NCBI GenBank assembly: GCA_963666975.2
Contig: CAXVYR010000004.1
Coordinates: forward strand, 1,024,001-1,088,000
Source of the DNA: Terriglobia bacterium
Lineage (GTDB): Bacteria > Acidobacteriota > Terriglobia > 2-12-FULL-54-10
Direction: 5' to 3'
Length of the DNA stretch: 64,000 bases
Both the position numbers and the translations under genes were made by a program. Under the pieces are notes generated by a model. That model had not been told where the DNA came from, did no database searches, and was given only the letters and a program-made list of their open reading frames with translations. Positions 1-9,753 of this stretch are shown one piece after another (positions within the stretch are counted from its first letter, which is position 1; each line of letters begins with the position of its first letter).

Positions 1-925
1 GGTCGCCTGGCCCGCCGCGCCTCACGCGGGCCACCAGCAAGCCCTGGGAGGCAGGCAGGTCCAGCAGTTCCGCCAGCGCCGGCGTGATCTCTCTCCCTAC
101 CACGCCCAGGTATCCGCGCCTCACCCGACCTTCCTGCAACAGGTCCGTCAGGATGCTCTTCGCCGTATTCACCGGAATGGCAAAGCCGATTCCAATGCTG
201 GCCTGGCCGAAGATGGCCGTGTTGATCCCGATCACATCCCCGCGAGCATTCAGCAACGGCCCTCCGCTGTTGCCCGGGTTGATGGCAGCGTCGGTCTGGA
301 TCACATCCTCCAGCAAACGTCCCTCTTGATCTTGAATATTCCGCCCCAGGGAACTGATGACGCCCGTGGTCAGCGTCCCATCGAACCCGAAGGGGTTCCC
401 GATAGCCAGCACCTTCTGCCCCACTTGCAGGCTCTCCGAACTGCCCAGCTTGACGTACGGCAAGTCCCTTCCGGCATCGATTTTGATGACGGCCAGATCG
501 CTGAGGCGGTCATGCCCGATCAGTTTCGCCGGGTGACGGCTATGGTCCGACAAAGTGACCTCCACGGAACGCGCTCCGCTGACCACGTGGTAGTTGGTCA
601 ATATGTTGCCCTCGGCATCGATCAGGAAGCCCGAGCCGCTGCCTTGCGAGGGCAAAACACGGAAAAAGAAATCGTACTGGATGGTCGTGCTGGTCAGGTT
701 GACCACCGCCGGGCTCACAGCTTTGTAAACCTGGATATTGTTCCGCTCATCGGAGATGCTGGATACATCCGGAGGAACAGCGGCCGCGGCAGGCGTGGAT
801 TTCGGGGCAGTCTGCGGCGGCGGCTCGGCGTTGTTCACCTGCGGTCTTTGCCAAATCCACCAGCCCGTGACAGCGCCTAAGATCGCTGTCAGAAGCAACT
901 TGGACCAGATCGATTGTCTCGGCAT
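1..925 (-). CDS. HtrA/DegP-family serine protease (trypsin + PDZ), runs off window start
   Basis: Manual translation of the minus strand: MPRQSIWSKLLL (TM), GSGSGFLID, TNYHVV, SDLAVIKI, QTDAAINPGNSGGPL, RGYLGV PDZ start. Not in the ORF track because no stop is in the window. Confidence 0.92.
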   Translation of the reverse strand, partial: MPRQSIWSKLLLTAILGAVTGWWIWQRPQVNNAEPPPQTAPKSTPAAAAVPPDVSSISDERNNIQVYKAVSPAVVNLTSTTIQYDFFFRVLPSQGSGSGFLIDAEGNILTNYHVVSGARSVEVTLSDHSRHPAKLIGHDRLSDLAVIKIDAGRDLPYVKLGSSESLQVGQKVLAIGNPFGFDGTLTTGVISSLGRNIQDQEGRLLEDVIQTDAAINPGNSGGPLLNARGDVIGINTAIFGQASIGIGFAIPVNTAKSILTDLLQEGRVRRGYLGVVGREITPALAELLDLPASQGLLVARVRRGGPGD

Positions 926-949
926 GCTCACACCCGTCCAACCGGAACG

Positions 950-1870
950 CTAGGGTCGGAGAGAAAATTTCGACTCCCGGAAACTGCTTTGTTGTCCAAT
1001 CCGGTCGCGGATGGTTACTTGCAGCCTGTACTCGCCGGACTGGGGGGCTTCCAACTCCACCTCAAAAACGGTGGGGAGAAAACGCGGCGGATAGAAGCTT
1101 TGATCCCTTTGCACAGAGGCATTGACCCGCGAGATCACCCCATTGCCTTCCGCATCCAAGACCGCCAGGTCCTGCTCCACCCAGACCTGATTCTGCGGTG
1201 ATACGCGGTAGCCGACGATCTTGTACCGTGCCCAAACGCGGTCGGATACCGAGAACGTACGGCTGGGAAACCAAGGCCCCCGCTCCGAGCGGGCATATTC
1301 CAGCCGCTGAATCTCCAGCGTGTCGCTGGGCTGGACCTCCTCCCCGCGCACTCGAAAGGTAACGCGGCGGCGGATATCGCGTTCCGCGATCCGGTCGGTC
1401 ACGCGGATCTCAACGTTGTAGTCGCCTCCCGGCGCAGAAGAGGGCACGGTGGCGGACCAGTTGATCTTGGGTCGCCACTCTTCGTCCCGTGGTCCCAAGA
1501 TCGTGTCGATCCCCCCTTCCTCTCCCGGCGCCACCAAAACCCCGAGCGGGTCCCGCAGCTCCACATGATGGCTGAGATGCACGCGATGTTCCCTGAGCCC
1601 GCTCCCGGTCCGCACCGGCAGGCGCCGGAAACCTTCCACCCGAAAAGAGAGCACCACATTGCTCCCTGCTTCCACATCCAGACGAGGTCCGATCCATCCG
1701 TCGTAGTCCTCAAAAAGAACTTCGGCAATCTCCAGTTCTTCCTGCTGTTCCTCTTTCAACTCCGGGTCCGCCCGTTGCTGCGCAGCAACGACAGGACTGA
1801 AGAAAACCCCGAAGCAAAAAATCAGCAAAGCGATCATAGCCGCGTGTTCCCCATTAGATCGGGTCTCCAC
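950..1870 (-). CDS. Exported hypothetical protein with two Ig-like beta modules
   Basis: Signal-peptide-like N-terminus; two similar modules (PGGDYNVEIRVTDR, SGEYRLQVTIRDR); same strand as the neighbouring genes; true start may be the later ATG (MIALL). Confidence 0.7.
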   Translation of the reverse strand: METRSNGEHAAMIALLIFCFGVFFSPVVAAQQRADPELKEEQQEELEIAEVLFEDYDGWIGPRLDVEAGSNVVLSFRVEGFRRLPVRTGSGLREHRVHLSHHVELRDPLGVLVAPGEEGGIDTILGPRDEEWRPKINWSATVPSSAPGGDYNVEIRVTDRIAERDIRRRVTFRVRGEEVQPSDTLEIQRLEYARSERGPWFPSRTFSVSDRVWARYKIVGYRVSPQNQVWVEQDLAVLDAEGNGVISRVNASVQRDQSFYPPRFLPTVFEVELEAPQSGEYRLQVTIRDRIGQQSSFRESKFSLRP

Positions 1871-1993
1871 TAGATGTTAACTAATATGTGTGCTGGTGTC
1901 CAAGAGGCGTCTGCGGATAGGGGAATGGGAACAGCCCACGGCGGGAGAAACCTTCCGCAACCTGGAAAACCATTTCGGACGCAGTTCCCCAAT

Positions 1994-3739
1994 TCAAAAC
2001 ACTGGCAAGCGGAAAGGGATTTGGATCAGGACTTCCAAATCGATGGGGATTCCATTTTTTGTTGCCGGTTGAAACTCCCATCGGGTGAGGGCATCCATGG
2101 CGCTGCCGTCCAGGCGCGGGTCCAAGGTATTCAAAACCTCGATGTTCGATACCGTGCCGTCGCGGAGGATATGGGCCGCCAGCAGCACCGTGCCCTCCAC
2201 CCGGTCGCGGACCGCCGAGGGCGCATACTTCGGGTCCACCTTCCTCAAGGCCACGGGGGCGGAGAGGTCGCCTTCGTCTTCTTCGTGCCATGTGCCGTCG
2301 CCATTGAGCTCCGCAAACCGCAGAACCCAGCTTCCCGACCCGCTGGTCAGGTTCGGCATGTTGATGGTTACGGTGTGGACGCGCTTGGCTCCGAAAAATT
2401 TCGGAGCCGCAACCACCTGCTGGCCGCGCGACATCTCCGGCAGAAAAGAAGGCCGGGTGGCCTTGGCAAGCAGTGTCGTCAGGTCTCGCCGCGGGGGCGG
2501 TGGTGCAGGCCGCCGTGCCAGCGGGGAGCGGCGCGGTTCGGGAACGGTCTGGACGACCAGAGGCGGGAAGTCCAGCGGATTCCCGCCCGAAACGGAGGAA
2601 ATGGAAAGATGCGGCGCGCGAATCGCCGCCATCTCGCTTCCGTCGAGCACCGGCGGACTGATATCTGCGGCTTCATCCCAGGTGATCTCCGGTTCCGGGC
2701 TGCCTTCGGGCGACACCGCAAAGGCGCCGGAGCGGTTGCCTGCCGGGATGTGGATTTCAATCGGGGGAGGCGGCGCGGGAGCCACGCTCACGGCAATCAG
2801 GCTCTGGAGCGTTGACGGGTTGGCCTCCGGGGAGAGGACCGGGGGAACTGGAACCTTCGGCATTTTTTTCGCTTCCAGCGGAGCCGCCGGGGGAACCCCG
2901 GGCGCGACGGGAAGCTCAGGAAACGGCAGCATCGCCGTTGAGGCTATCTGTATCTCGGAGACCCTGAGATTCAGCTCAGCCAATTTAGGAGGTTCCGGGG
3001 GAGGAGGAGCAGCCACCTTCGGAACGGGCAAATCCGGCAACCCAATCTGGGACAGTTGTCTTTGCACCTCTGTCAAAGAAGGCGCGGGAGGCACGATCTC
3101 CGGCTTCCAGTAAATCATGTTCGGCAGCCTGATTTCCGCTTGTAGCTGGAGCTCCGGCGCCTTCGGCTGGATGATGGTTTGCCTCCGGTTGTCGGGGGCC
3201 GGCGGCTTGGAGACAATCTCCTGCGTAGGATGAAGATGAATGGCAGGGCTCTGCTTATTGATTGGCGGCGCTGCTTGCTTTTCTATTTTCTTCTCTGCCT
3301 TTTCCTCTATTCCCCTCTCCGCCTTTTCTTCTGCGGGAGGGTTTTCCTCCAGCGGGGCAACGGGCGGAAGCGTGTCGGTTGGGGTATACCAGACGATCTT
3401 TTGATTGCTCCTGGAAAATTTCTCCGGGCCGGCATCCTGCTGCCAGTCCGGTAAAGCAGGCCCGCTCACCAGATATGTCCCGAACGTCACATGCAAAAGC
3501 AAGGAAGTCAGCAGCGCTTGCCTCGGAAAACCGCCCCTCAGGTAGGCGCTTCGGAACATCACCGCAAAGGATCTGGACGGGACTCTCCTCGGAGGAGCCG
3601 AGATGCAGGCGGCCAGATTGGAGCAAAAACGCCAAAAGGGAGAACTGGCGGGAAGCATGGCGAACGCCGGCACAGGGGAAGGTTCGGAAACGCTTCGCCG
3701 CGCTGGCTGCCTGGCCGACAAATTCGCTCTGCTTTCCAT
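1994..3739 (-). CDS. TonB-family protein (TM, long Pro-rich linker, TonB_C)
   Basis: SLLLH TM motif, Pro-rich spacer, C-terminal PKYAPSAVRDRVEGTVLL...WEFQPA. Start uncertain. Confidence 0.85.
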   Translation of the reverse strand: MESRANLSARQPARRSVSEPSPVPAFAMLPASSPFWRFCSNLAACISAPPRRVPSRSFAVMFRSAYLRGGFPRQALLTSLLLHVTFGTYLVSGPALPDWQQDAGPEKFSRSNQKIVWYTPTDTLPPVAPLEENPPAEEKAERGIEEKAEKKIEKQAAPPINKQSPAIHLHPTQEIVSKPPAPDNRRQTIIQPKAPELQLQAEIRLPNMIYWKPEIVPPAPSLTEVQRQLSQIGLPDLPVPKVAAPPPPEPPKLAELNLRVSEIQIASTAMLPFPELPVAPGVPPAAPLEAKKMPKVPVPPVLSPEANPSTLQSLIAVSVAPAPPPPIEIHIPAGNRSGAFAVSPEGSPEPEITWDEAADISPPVLDGSEMAAIRAPHLSISSVSGGNPLDFPPLVVQTVPEPRRSPLARRPAPPPPRRDLTTLLAKATRPSFLPEMSRGQQVVAAPKFFGAKRVHTVTINMPNLTSGSGSWVLRFAELNGDGTWHEEDEGDLSAPVALRKVDPKYAPSAVRDRVEGTVLLAAHILRDGTVSNIEVLNTLDPRLDGSAMDALTRWEFQPATKNGIPIDLEVLIQIPFRLPVF

Positions 3740-3922
3740 ATGCCTTCTTGAGGCGAAAGCCAGTTATCAAGGGGGGGGAAGATACTTTTGCATTATATCA
3801 AGAATGGGGAGTGGCAAGGCAATTGGAAATAAAAACAGCTCCGAGAGACGGCTCCTCGAAGGTACTTTTTGAATTGCTTTGCCGTTTTGCCGGACAATCG
3901 CCCGGCAATGGCTCGGGGACGG

Positions 3923-4780
3923 CTAGCTGGCAGCGGGGGTTTTCGGGTCCACCAAAGCGAGGAGTTCCACAAACCTGGGGTCTTCGGCCAGAAAGAGAAA
4001 CACGTCGTCCTGCAGGGCCTCGCGCAGATCGGCAAACCCTTCCTCCCATGCCTTCACCAAATACCGCAAGGTTTCCTCCACGTTCCCCAGGCTGGCGTGA
4101 CTCTTGGCCAAATAGAAGTTGAATGCCGCCGTGTTTTCCGACTCGCGCTGATGCACAATGCTTCCGGAACGGCCACCCCGGTCAAATATTTTCGGGTCGA
4201 GCATCAAGGCATAGCGGTAGCAGTTCACGGCGTATTCGTAGCGCTCGTAGGAGAAATACGCCGTGCCCAAGTTGCTGTATATAACAGCGTCGCCGGGGGA
4301 CAGTTTTAGAGCATCCAGGTAGGTGAGGATCGCCGAACGATATTTTTTTCGGGCATATTCTACAGCCGCCAGGTTGTTGACGGCCTGCGCGTACTGCGGG
4401 TCCAATTGAATCGCTTTTTGGTAAGCCTTCCGGGCGGCGCCGAAATCCATCAATTGGTGATAGGCGATTCCCAGCTTGTTGTGGAACTGGGCGTTCGCAG
4501 GCTGAAGCTCAATCATCTTCCGGTAAGCCTCAACGGCCTCCGGATAATACTTCCGCGCCATGTAGATATCCCCGCGACGCTCCAACCGCTCGAATTCGGA
4601 AAGTTCCGCAAAGTTTTCGCCAGTCTGCTCCTGATTCTGCGCAACCAACAAGGCCGCCGCATTGCCCGTTCTTCCCCCTGCGATGCAAAGCAGGCAGAAT
4701 ATAGCTCCCGCACCGATGGCCCGGAGCAGGGAAAACCGGTTCCGGCTCAAAAAAAAGCGTTTCCGACAGGCGGTTCTCAT
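3923..4780 (-). CDS. TPR-repeat protein, exported or membrane-anchored
   Basis: Multiple TPRs (HNKLGIAY, NNLAAVEY, YSNLGTAY); start chosen at MRTACRK, ahead of the hydrophobic segment. Confidence 0.85.
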   Translation of the reverse strand: MRTACRKRFFLSRNRFSLLRAIGAGAIFCLLCIAGGRTGNAAALLVAQNQEQTGENFAELSEFERLERRGDIYMARKYYPEAVEAYRKMIELQPANAQFHNKLGIAYHQLMDFGAARKAYQKAIQLDPQYAQAVNNLAAVEYARKKYRSAILTYLDALKLSPGDAVIYSNLGTAYFSYERYEYAVNCYRYALMLDPKIFDRGGRSGSIVHQRESENTAAFNFYLAKSHASLGNVEETLRYLVKAWEEGFADLREALQDDVFLFLAEDPRFVELLALVDPKTPAAS

Positions 4781-4953
4781 GACAAAAACTCCGTTGCTAT
4801 TATAGTTCGGAGAGTTCTGGAAGAGAGTGCGAGAAAGGCAGGAAAGTGACTCCAAACTGTCTGGATCCGCAGAAGCATTTCGATCACGCCTCCCCTTCCG
4901 GCCAGTGGGTGCCGTCGTTTTGGACTGGCCTGTGCGGCCTCTCGCGCGCCCGC

Positions 4954-5133
4954 TTGCAGGGACGTTCAGGTGTGTACCGGGAGCGGAGCGGCTCAGCTTC
5001 CCTGGGTTCATATTATACTCTCGCCATGGGGCCTCAGCAATCAGGAAAGGCGTCTCGCAGGCGGAGCTTCTGAAGCAGAAGACTGCATCCCGATCCGGCC
5101 GGGAGGCATCCAAGCCGGAGTGAACGCCTGGAA
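4954..5133 (+). ncRNA. Putative 6S (SsrS)-like structured RNA
   Basis: About 180-nt intergenic rod: CAGG/CCTG and CGTTCA/TGAACG closing stem, nested pairings, AU-rich central bubble (GGTTCATATTATA), CTCTCGCC/GGCGGAG inner stem. Judged by eye only. Confidence 0.5.
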
Positions 5134-5185
5134 GGAATTGGTTTCGCCGCCACAGCTTTAATTTGTTATACTAAGTTGTTTTTTT

Positions 5186-5854
5186 GTGATGAATTCTCCT
5201 CCCATCCGTATCTTCATCGTAGACGACCACGCCATATTCCGCGAGAGTCTGATCGCGGTACTGAACCTGCAAAAGGACTTTGAAATTGTAGGCCAGGCTG
5301 GGACGGTCTCGGAAGCCCGGAGCCTCATCGGAAAAAGCAAGCCCAACATATTGCTGCTGGACCTGAGACTCCCCGGACAAAGCGGCCTGGACTTGCTGCC
5401 CGAGCTGCCCAACCTCAGCCCCGATTGCAAAACGATTGCGGTCACGGGCATGGAAGTTGAAAAAGATGTAGTCGAGGCCATGCGTTATGGATCGCGCGGG
5501 TTTCTGGTCAAGCAGTGCGCCACCGACCTGTTCCTCAAGTGCATTCGCAAAGTCCACGACGGAGAAATCTGGCTCAACGGAAAATTGACCGAGGCGGTGC
5601 TGACCGCCTTTGGCAGCCAGCCGGCAGGCAGCCAGATCAATGGCAAGAGCGAACTCTCCCGCCGCGAAATGGAAGTGATCCAACTGGTTGTCCAGGGCTA
5701 CAAGAACCGCGACATCGCCCAGAGGCTGTTCATCAGCGAAAAGACCGTGAAAAACCATCTCTCCGCCATCTTCAATAAGCTGGGGGTGGGCGACCGGCTG
5801 GAGCTGACGCTCTACGTATTCGAAAAGCGGCTCGTCCCCACTACGCCGGAGTAA
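5186..5854 (+). CDS. NarL/LuxR-family response regulator (no cognate kinase adjacent)
   Basis: IVDDH, LLDLRLP receiver domain; LSRREMEV...ISEKTVKNH LuxR HTH. Confidence 0.95.
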   Translation: MMNSPPIRIFIVDDHAIFRESLIAVLNLQKDFEIVGQAGTVSEARSLIGKSKPNILLLDLRLPGQSGLDLLPELPNLSPDCKTIAVTGMEVEKDVVEAMRYGSRGFLVKQCATDLFLKCIRKVHDGEIWLNGKLTEAVLTAFGSQPAGSQINGKSELSRREMEVIQLVVQGYKNRDIAQRLFISEKTVKNHLSAIFNKLGVGDRLELTLYVFEKRLVPTTPE

Positions 5855-5900
5855 GCCACCTTCGCTTGAACAGTCCTGCCTGGTTCTATTACACCGTCTG

Positions 5901-5930
5901 TCATGACGCCTCATGACGCCTCATGACGCT
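5901..5930. repeat. 3 x 10-bp tandem repeat TCATGACGC(C/T)
   Basis: Seen directly between convergent genes. Confidence 0.9.
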
Positions 5931-5996
5931 ATTGTTGAGGCGGCTTTGCGATGAAGTTTTGTTCCGAGAGTGCCTGCAACCGCTTATGTGGCCACG

Positions 5997-6938
5997 TTAG
6001 GTAGTCACGTAGGCCGCTAGGTGCGAGCGCCGCAGACGCGCTGCCCGAACCGTGTTCACCATCAACATGGCGATGGTCAGCGGACCGACGCCGCCGGGCA
6101 CCGGCGTCAGAGCGCCGGCGACGGGGAGAACCGTAGAGGGATCGATGTCCCCGATCAGCGTGGACCCTTTGGTTTCAACCTGGCTCCTGCGCTTGGAATC
6201 GCCGGGGAAGAATCGTTCCACCTCTTCCAGCGTGGTGATCCTGCCGATGCCTACGTCGATGACCGCAGCCCCCGGTTTGACAAACTCGCCCGTCACCATG
6301 CCCGCCTTGCCGAGCGCGGCCACCAGGATGTCCGCCTCGCGGCAAACAGCGGGCAGATTTTGCGTCCGGGAATGGCAGACCGTCACCGTGGCGTGATGGT
6401 GCATCAGCAGCAGCGCCACTGGCTTGCCAACAATGTCGCTGCGGCCGATCACGACCGCCCGCTGTCCTTTGATCGGAATCTCGCTGCGTTTCAGAATCTC
6501 CAGGATGCCGGCAGGCGTGCAGGGAACCAATCCGGGCCGTTGCGTAACCAGGTTCCCCACGTTCATAGGATGGAAGCCGTCCACATCCTTCTGCGGATCG
6601 ACGGCCAGCAACACTCGCTTGGAGTCAACAGGGGAGGGCAGGGGCAGTTGCACCAGGATTCCGTCAATCTCGTTGCGGCCGTTCAGAAGCTCCACCTGCG
6701 AAAGCAATTCTTCCGTAGTGGTCGTCTCCGGAAAAACCAGCCGCTCGCTGTGAATCCCCAATTTTTCGCAGGTCTTCACCTTGTTCCGTGTATAAATCTC
6801 CGAGCCGGGGTCGTTGCCCGCCAGAATCACCGCCAAGCCGGGCCGGACGCCCGCTTCCCGGAGTTGCGCTATCTCCACGGTCACTTCGGCCTGAATTTGG
6901 TCGCGAATGGCAGTGCCGCTCAGGATGCGTGCTGGCAA
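5997..6938 (-). CDS. folD: Methylenetetrahydrofolate dehydrogenase/cyclohydrolase
   Basis: GILVQLPLP, KDVDGFHP, PCTPAG, GRSDIVGKP, TPVPGGVGPLT. Confidence 0.97.
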   Translation of the reverse strand: MPARILSGTAIRDQIQAEVTVEIAQLREAGVRPGLAVILAGNDPGSEIYTRNKVKTCEKLGIHSERLVFPETTTTEELLSQVELLNGRNEIDGILVQLPLPSPVDSKRVLLAVDPQKDVDGFHPMNVGNLVTQRPGLVPCTPAGILEILKRSEIPIKGQRAVVIGRSDIVGKPVALLLMHHHATVTVCHSRTQNLPAVCREADILVAALGKAGMVTGEFVKPGAAVIDVGIGRITTLEEVERFFPGDSKRRSQVETKGSTLIGDIDPSTVLPVAGALTPVPGGVGPLTIAMLMVNTVRAARLRRSHLAAYVTT

Positions 6939-7018
6939 TTCAGATTCCTCCCTCCGTCATCCATATCTGGATTTCAAAAACAAGCAATCGGCGCAGATGC
7001 CGAGCCGGGCGGCTCGCC

Positions 7019-7084
7019 CCGTTACACCATCCGTTACTCCATGTCGGGCCGTTACTCCATGTCGCCCCGTTACTCCATGTCGGG
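7019..7084. repeat. 3 x 18-bp tandem repeat (plus partial) CCGTTACTCCATGTCG(GG/CC), copying the gene's stop region
   Basis: Units at 7031, 7049 and 7067; the last one is the 3' end of ORF 7070..8422. Confidence 0.9.
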
Positions 7085-8422
7085 CGGGGTCACTTTCGCA
7101 ATCCATGCGTCGTAGTCTCCGCCGTAGCCGGCTTTTTTCTGAGCGGCGCTGATTCGCTGTTCGAGGGCCTTAACCTGTGCCTCCGACAGGGGCGTTACCG
7201 ATTGAATCCTCTCCTTCACCTGTTCGGCCTGCGCGGCGGCCCGGCCTTCGGCGGGCGCGGTGAAACCGGAAATATCACCGCTTTCGCCAACGCCCATGTA
7301 ATTTTCAATCAGGTGATGGGCCACCTTCTGGCTATGAACCAGCGAGACCCGGATGTTTCCCTGGCCGGTGACCACGTTCCCCACGCCGAAGACGCGGTCC
7401 GAGCCGGCGTAGTAGCCGAAGTCCCAGTCCTTGAAAGTGTAATACTCGCCCTTCATGGCGATGCCCGGGATGATCTCCGGAACCGAGCCGATAGAGGAGA
7501 TAATCAGCGGGGAGCGCAGTTCGTGCTCGCTGCCGGGGATGGGAGTGGCTTTGCGTCCCTCGACGTGAGTTTCAGATAACTTCAGCCCTGCCAAACGGCC
7601 GTTCTCGACAATCAGCCCCCCCGTCAGCCTGCGGTCTTGAAAGCGAAACAGGTATTTCCCCTGCGCCACGCTGAGCAGTTTCTGGCGGATGCCCTCGGTT
7701 CGGGCCAACTGCTCCGGGGTGGCGTTGTCGGGCGGTTGCGCCAGCGGCATGTCCTGCATGCGGCGGCGGTAGATCAGCAGACATCCCTTGACGCCCAGGT
7801 CCTTGGGGTCGATGCCGTGATTCTTGCAAATGGCCGGGATGCCCTTCTTTTCAAGCTGGTGCATATCGGTCTCGACGCCCTTGGCCCGGAGCGCCCGCTC
7901 GTAGTTCTCCAGTTGCAGAGCCTTCACCACGTCAATCGACGCCAGCCCGCCGCCGAGGACCAGGGTCTCGTCCGGAGCCTCGTAGCGGGGGCCGGAGTAG
8001 CTTTTTTCATTCTTGTGGTTGTACCAGTAGATAAAGGGATTTTGGTAAATCAGGCCCTTGTCGATATACTCATCGGCGCCCTCCACGCCCACGCCGCGGT
8101 CCCTCCAGGCGCCGTTGGCCAGGATGACGGCCGAAAAACCCCACTGATCAACCATCTCCTTAAAATCCAGATCGCTGCCGAGCTTGGTGGAGGGAAGAAA
8201 CGTTACGCCGGGCTTTTTGAGGCGGGCATCGATGCGGGCGTATTCCTGCTTGCGTTGTTCCAGGTGCCAGCGCGGCAGGCCGTCTTCGATCTTCCCATAC
8301 GGCCTTGTGTTCTGATCAAAAACGACCACCCGAATTCCGTGCTCCGCCAGAATCTCGGCGGCCACCGAGCCGGCCACGGCTCCTCCGATAATGGCTACGT
8401 AATGCGTTCCTTGCTTAGACAT
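7070..8422 (-). CDS. FAD/NAD(P)-dependent oxidoreductase (ferredoxin-NADP reductase/GltD-like)
   Basis: VAIIGGAVAG, PYGKIEDGLPRWH, VLGGGLASID, VFGVGN motifs. Confidence 0.75.
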   Translation of the reverse strand: MSKQGTHYVAIIGGAVAGSVAAEILAEHGIRVVVFDQNTRPYGKIEDGLPRWHLEQRKQEYARIDARLKKPGVTFLPSTKLGSDLDFKEMVDQWGFSAVILANGAWRDRGVGVEGADEYIDKGLIYQNPFIYWYNHKNEKSYSGPRYEAPDETLVLGGGLASIDVVKALQLENYERALRAKGVETDMHQLEKKGIPAICKNHGIDPKDLGVKGCLLIYRRRMQDMPLAQPPDNATPEQLARTEGIRQKLLSVAQGKYLFRFQDRRLTGGLIVENGRLAGLKLSETHVEGRKATPIPGSEHELRSPLIISSIGSVPEIIPGIAMKGEYYTFKDWDFGYYAGSDRVFGVGNVVTGQGNIRVSLVHSQKVAHHLIENYMGVGESGDISGFTAPAEGRAAAQAEQVKERIQSVTPLSEAQVKALEQRISAAQKKAGYGGDYDAWIAKVTPPDME

Positions 8423-8530
8423 GAATCAATCAGCCTCCAAATTTGGGAATCCCTGTCCCTGGGAAGGGGATGAAAGAAAAAGAATATTCAGGTCGGCGCG
8501 ACAAACTTTCCTGACGGCGGCGGTCCGCCT

Positions 8531-9619
8531 CTAAGGACGGATGGTGATCAACTGCTCCGGGCTTGCGGTCAAATTCACGACGCTGACTCGCGCCGCCACT
8601 CGCTTGGCGATCTCGTAAAAAACAGCCGCCTCGGGGGACTCCGGGCCACGAGCCGCCAGCGGAGAACCGTAGTCCCCGCCGGCCCGAATCTCCGGGTGAA
8701 GCGGAATCTCGCCCAGGAACGGAATGCTGAAATCCTCGCTCGTTTTTCGTCCGCCGCCGTGGCTGAAAATTTCTATCCGTTCCGAGCAGTGGGGACAGAC
8801 GAAGTAGCTCATGTTCTCTACGATTCCGAGCACCTCCACCTTCACCTGCCGGAACATCTCAATGGCTTTGCGGGCGTCTTCGAGAGCCACATCCGACGGC
8901 GTGGTGACCACCACGCCTCCCGAGAGCGGCACCGACTGTGTCAGACTCAGTTGCACATCGCCGGTTCCAGGCGGCAAATCCAGAATCAGATAGTCGAGCT
9001 CTCCCCAATCCACATTGCGCAGAAACTGCTGGATCACGCTGTGCAGCATCGGGCCGCGCCACACCAGCGGCCGGTCCCCCGGATTCAGAAATCCCATCGA
9101 CATCAGCCGAATGCCGGAACCTTCCAGCGGTTGGATGCGCTCTCCCACCGCTTGCGGACTTGCCTGAATCCCCATCATGCGCGGCACGTTGGGGCCGTAA
9201 ATGTCGGAATCCATCAGGCCTACGGCGGCTCCCAGACGCGCCAGCGCCACAGCAATATTCACTGCGACGGTCGTCTTGCCCACGCCGCCTTTGCCCGAAG
9301 CTACGGCGACGATATTTTTTACCCCCGGAATGCCCGCGCGCCCCTGCATGTCGCGCACCTGCGGCACCGAGGCTTCCATCTTGATCTGAACGCTCTCGAT
9401 GCCGTCGAGCTTCAGCAACTCGTCCCGGATGCTTTTTTCAATTTCCTCTTTCAGGGGACAGGCCGGGGTGGTCAGCACGAAGGTCAGCGAGACGGTGGCG
9501 CCTTTGACCACAACGTTCTTGACCATGTCGAGGGTGATAATATCTTTGTTCAGCTCGGGTTCGGGTACGCGGCGCAAGGCCTCCAGAATCCGGCTCACAT
9601 CTGTGCTGGCTCCAGCCAT
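8531..9619 (-). CDS. mrp: Mrp/ApbC (NBP35) Fe-S cluster carrier ATPase
   Basis: N-terminal DUF59-like TTPACP, GKGGVGKT, WRGPM, DLPPGTGD, CPHC. Confidence 0.95.
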   Translation of the reverse strand: MAGASTDVSRILEALRRVPEPELNKDIITLDMVKNVVVKGATVSLTFVLTTPACPLKEEIEKSIRDELLKLDGIESVQIKMEASVPQVRDMQGRAGIPGVKNIVAVASGKGGVGKTTVAVNIAVALARLGAAVGLMDSDIYGPNVPRMMGIQASPQAVGERIQPLEGSGIRLMSMGFLNPGDRPLVWRGPMLHSVIQQFLRNVDWGELDYLILDLPPGTGDVQLSLTQSVPLSGGVVVTTPSDVALEDARKAIEMFRQVKVEVLGIVENMSYFVCPHCSERIEIFSHGGGRKTSEDFSIPFLGEIPLHPEIRAGGDYGSPLAARGPESPEAAVFYEIAKRVAARVSVVNLTASPEQLITIRP

Positions 9620-9753
9620 ATTTTCCTTTCCAACAGAAATCTTGTCGCAACTTGAATCAGGCATTATAACATAAGCGGTAGAGGCCGCTTGCGCCTCGCG
9701 GACGTAGGAGACAGAGCGCCACAAATCGGAACGGGATTCGCCTCAGAAAAATC

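Noticed and set aside
7019-7084. Mini-CRISPR array (also considered for other short repeats)
   Set aside because: The units are contiguous with no spacers, and no cas genes are present in the window.
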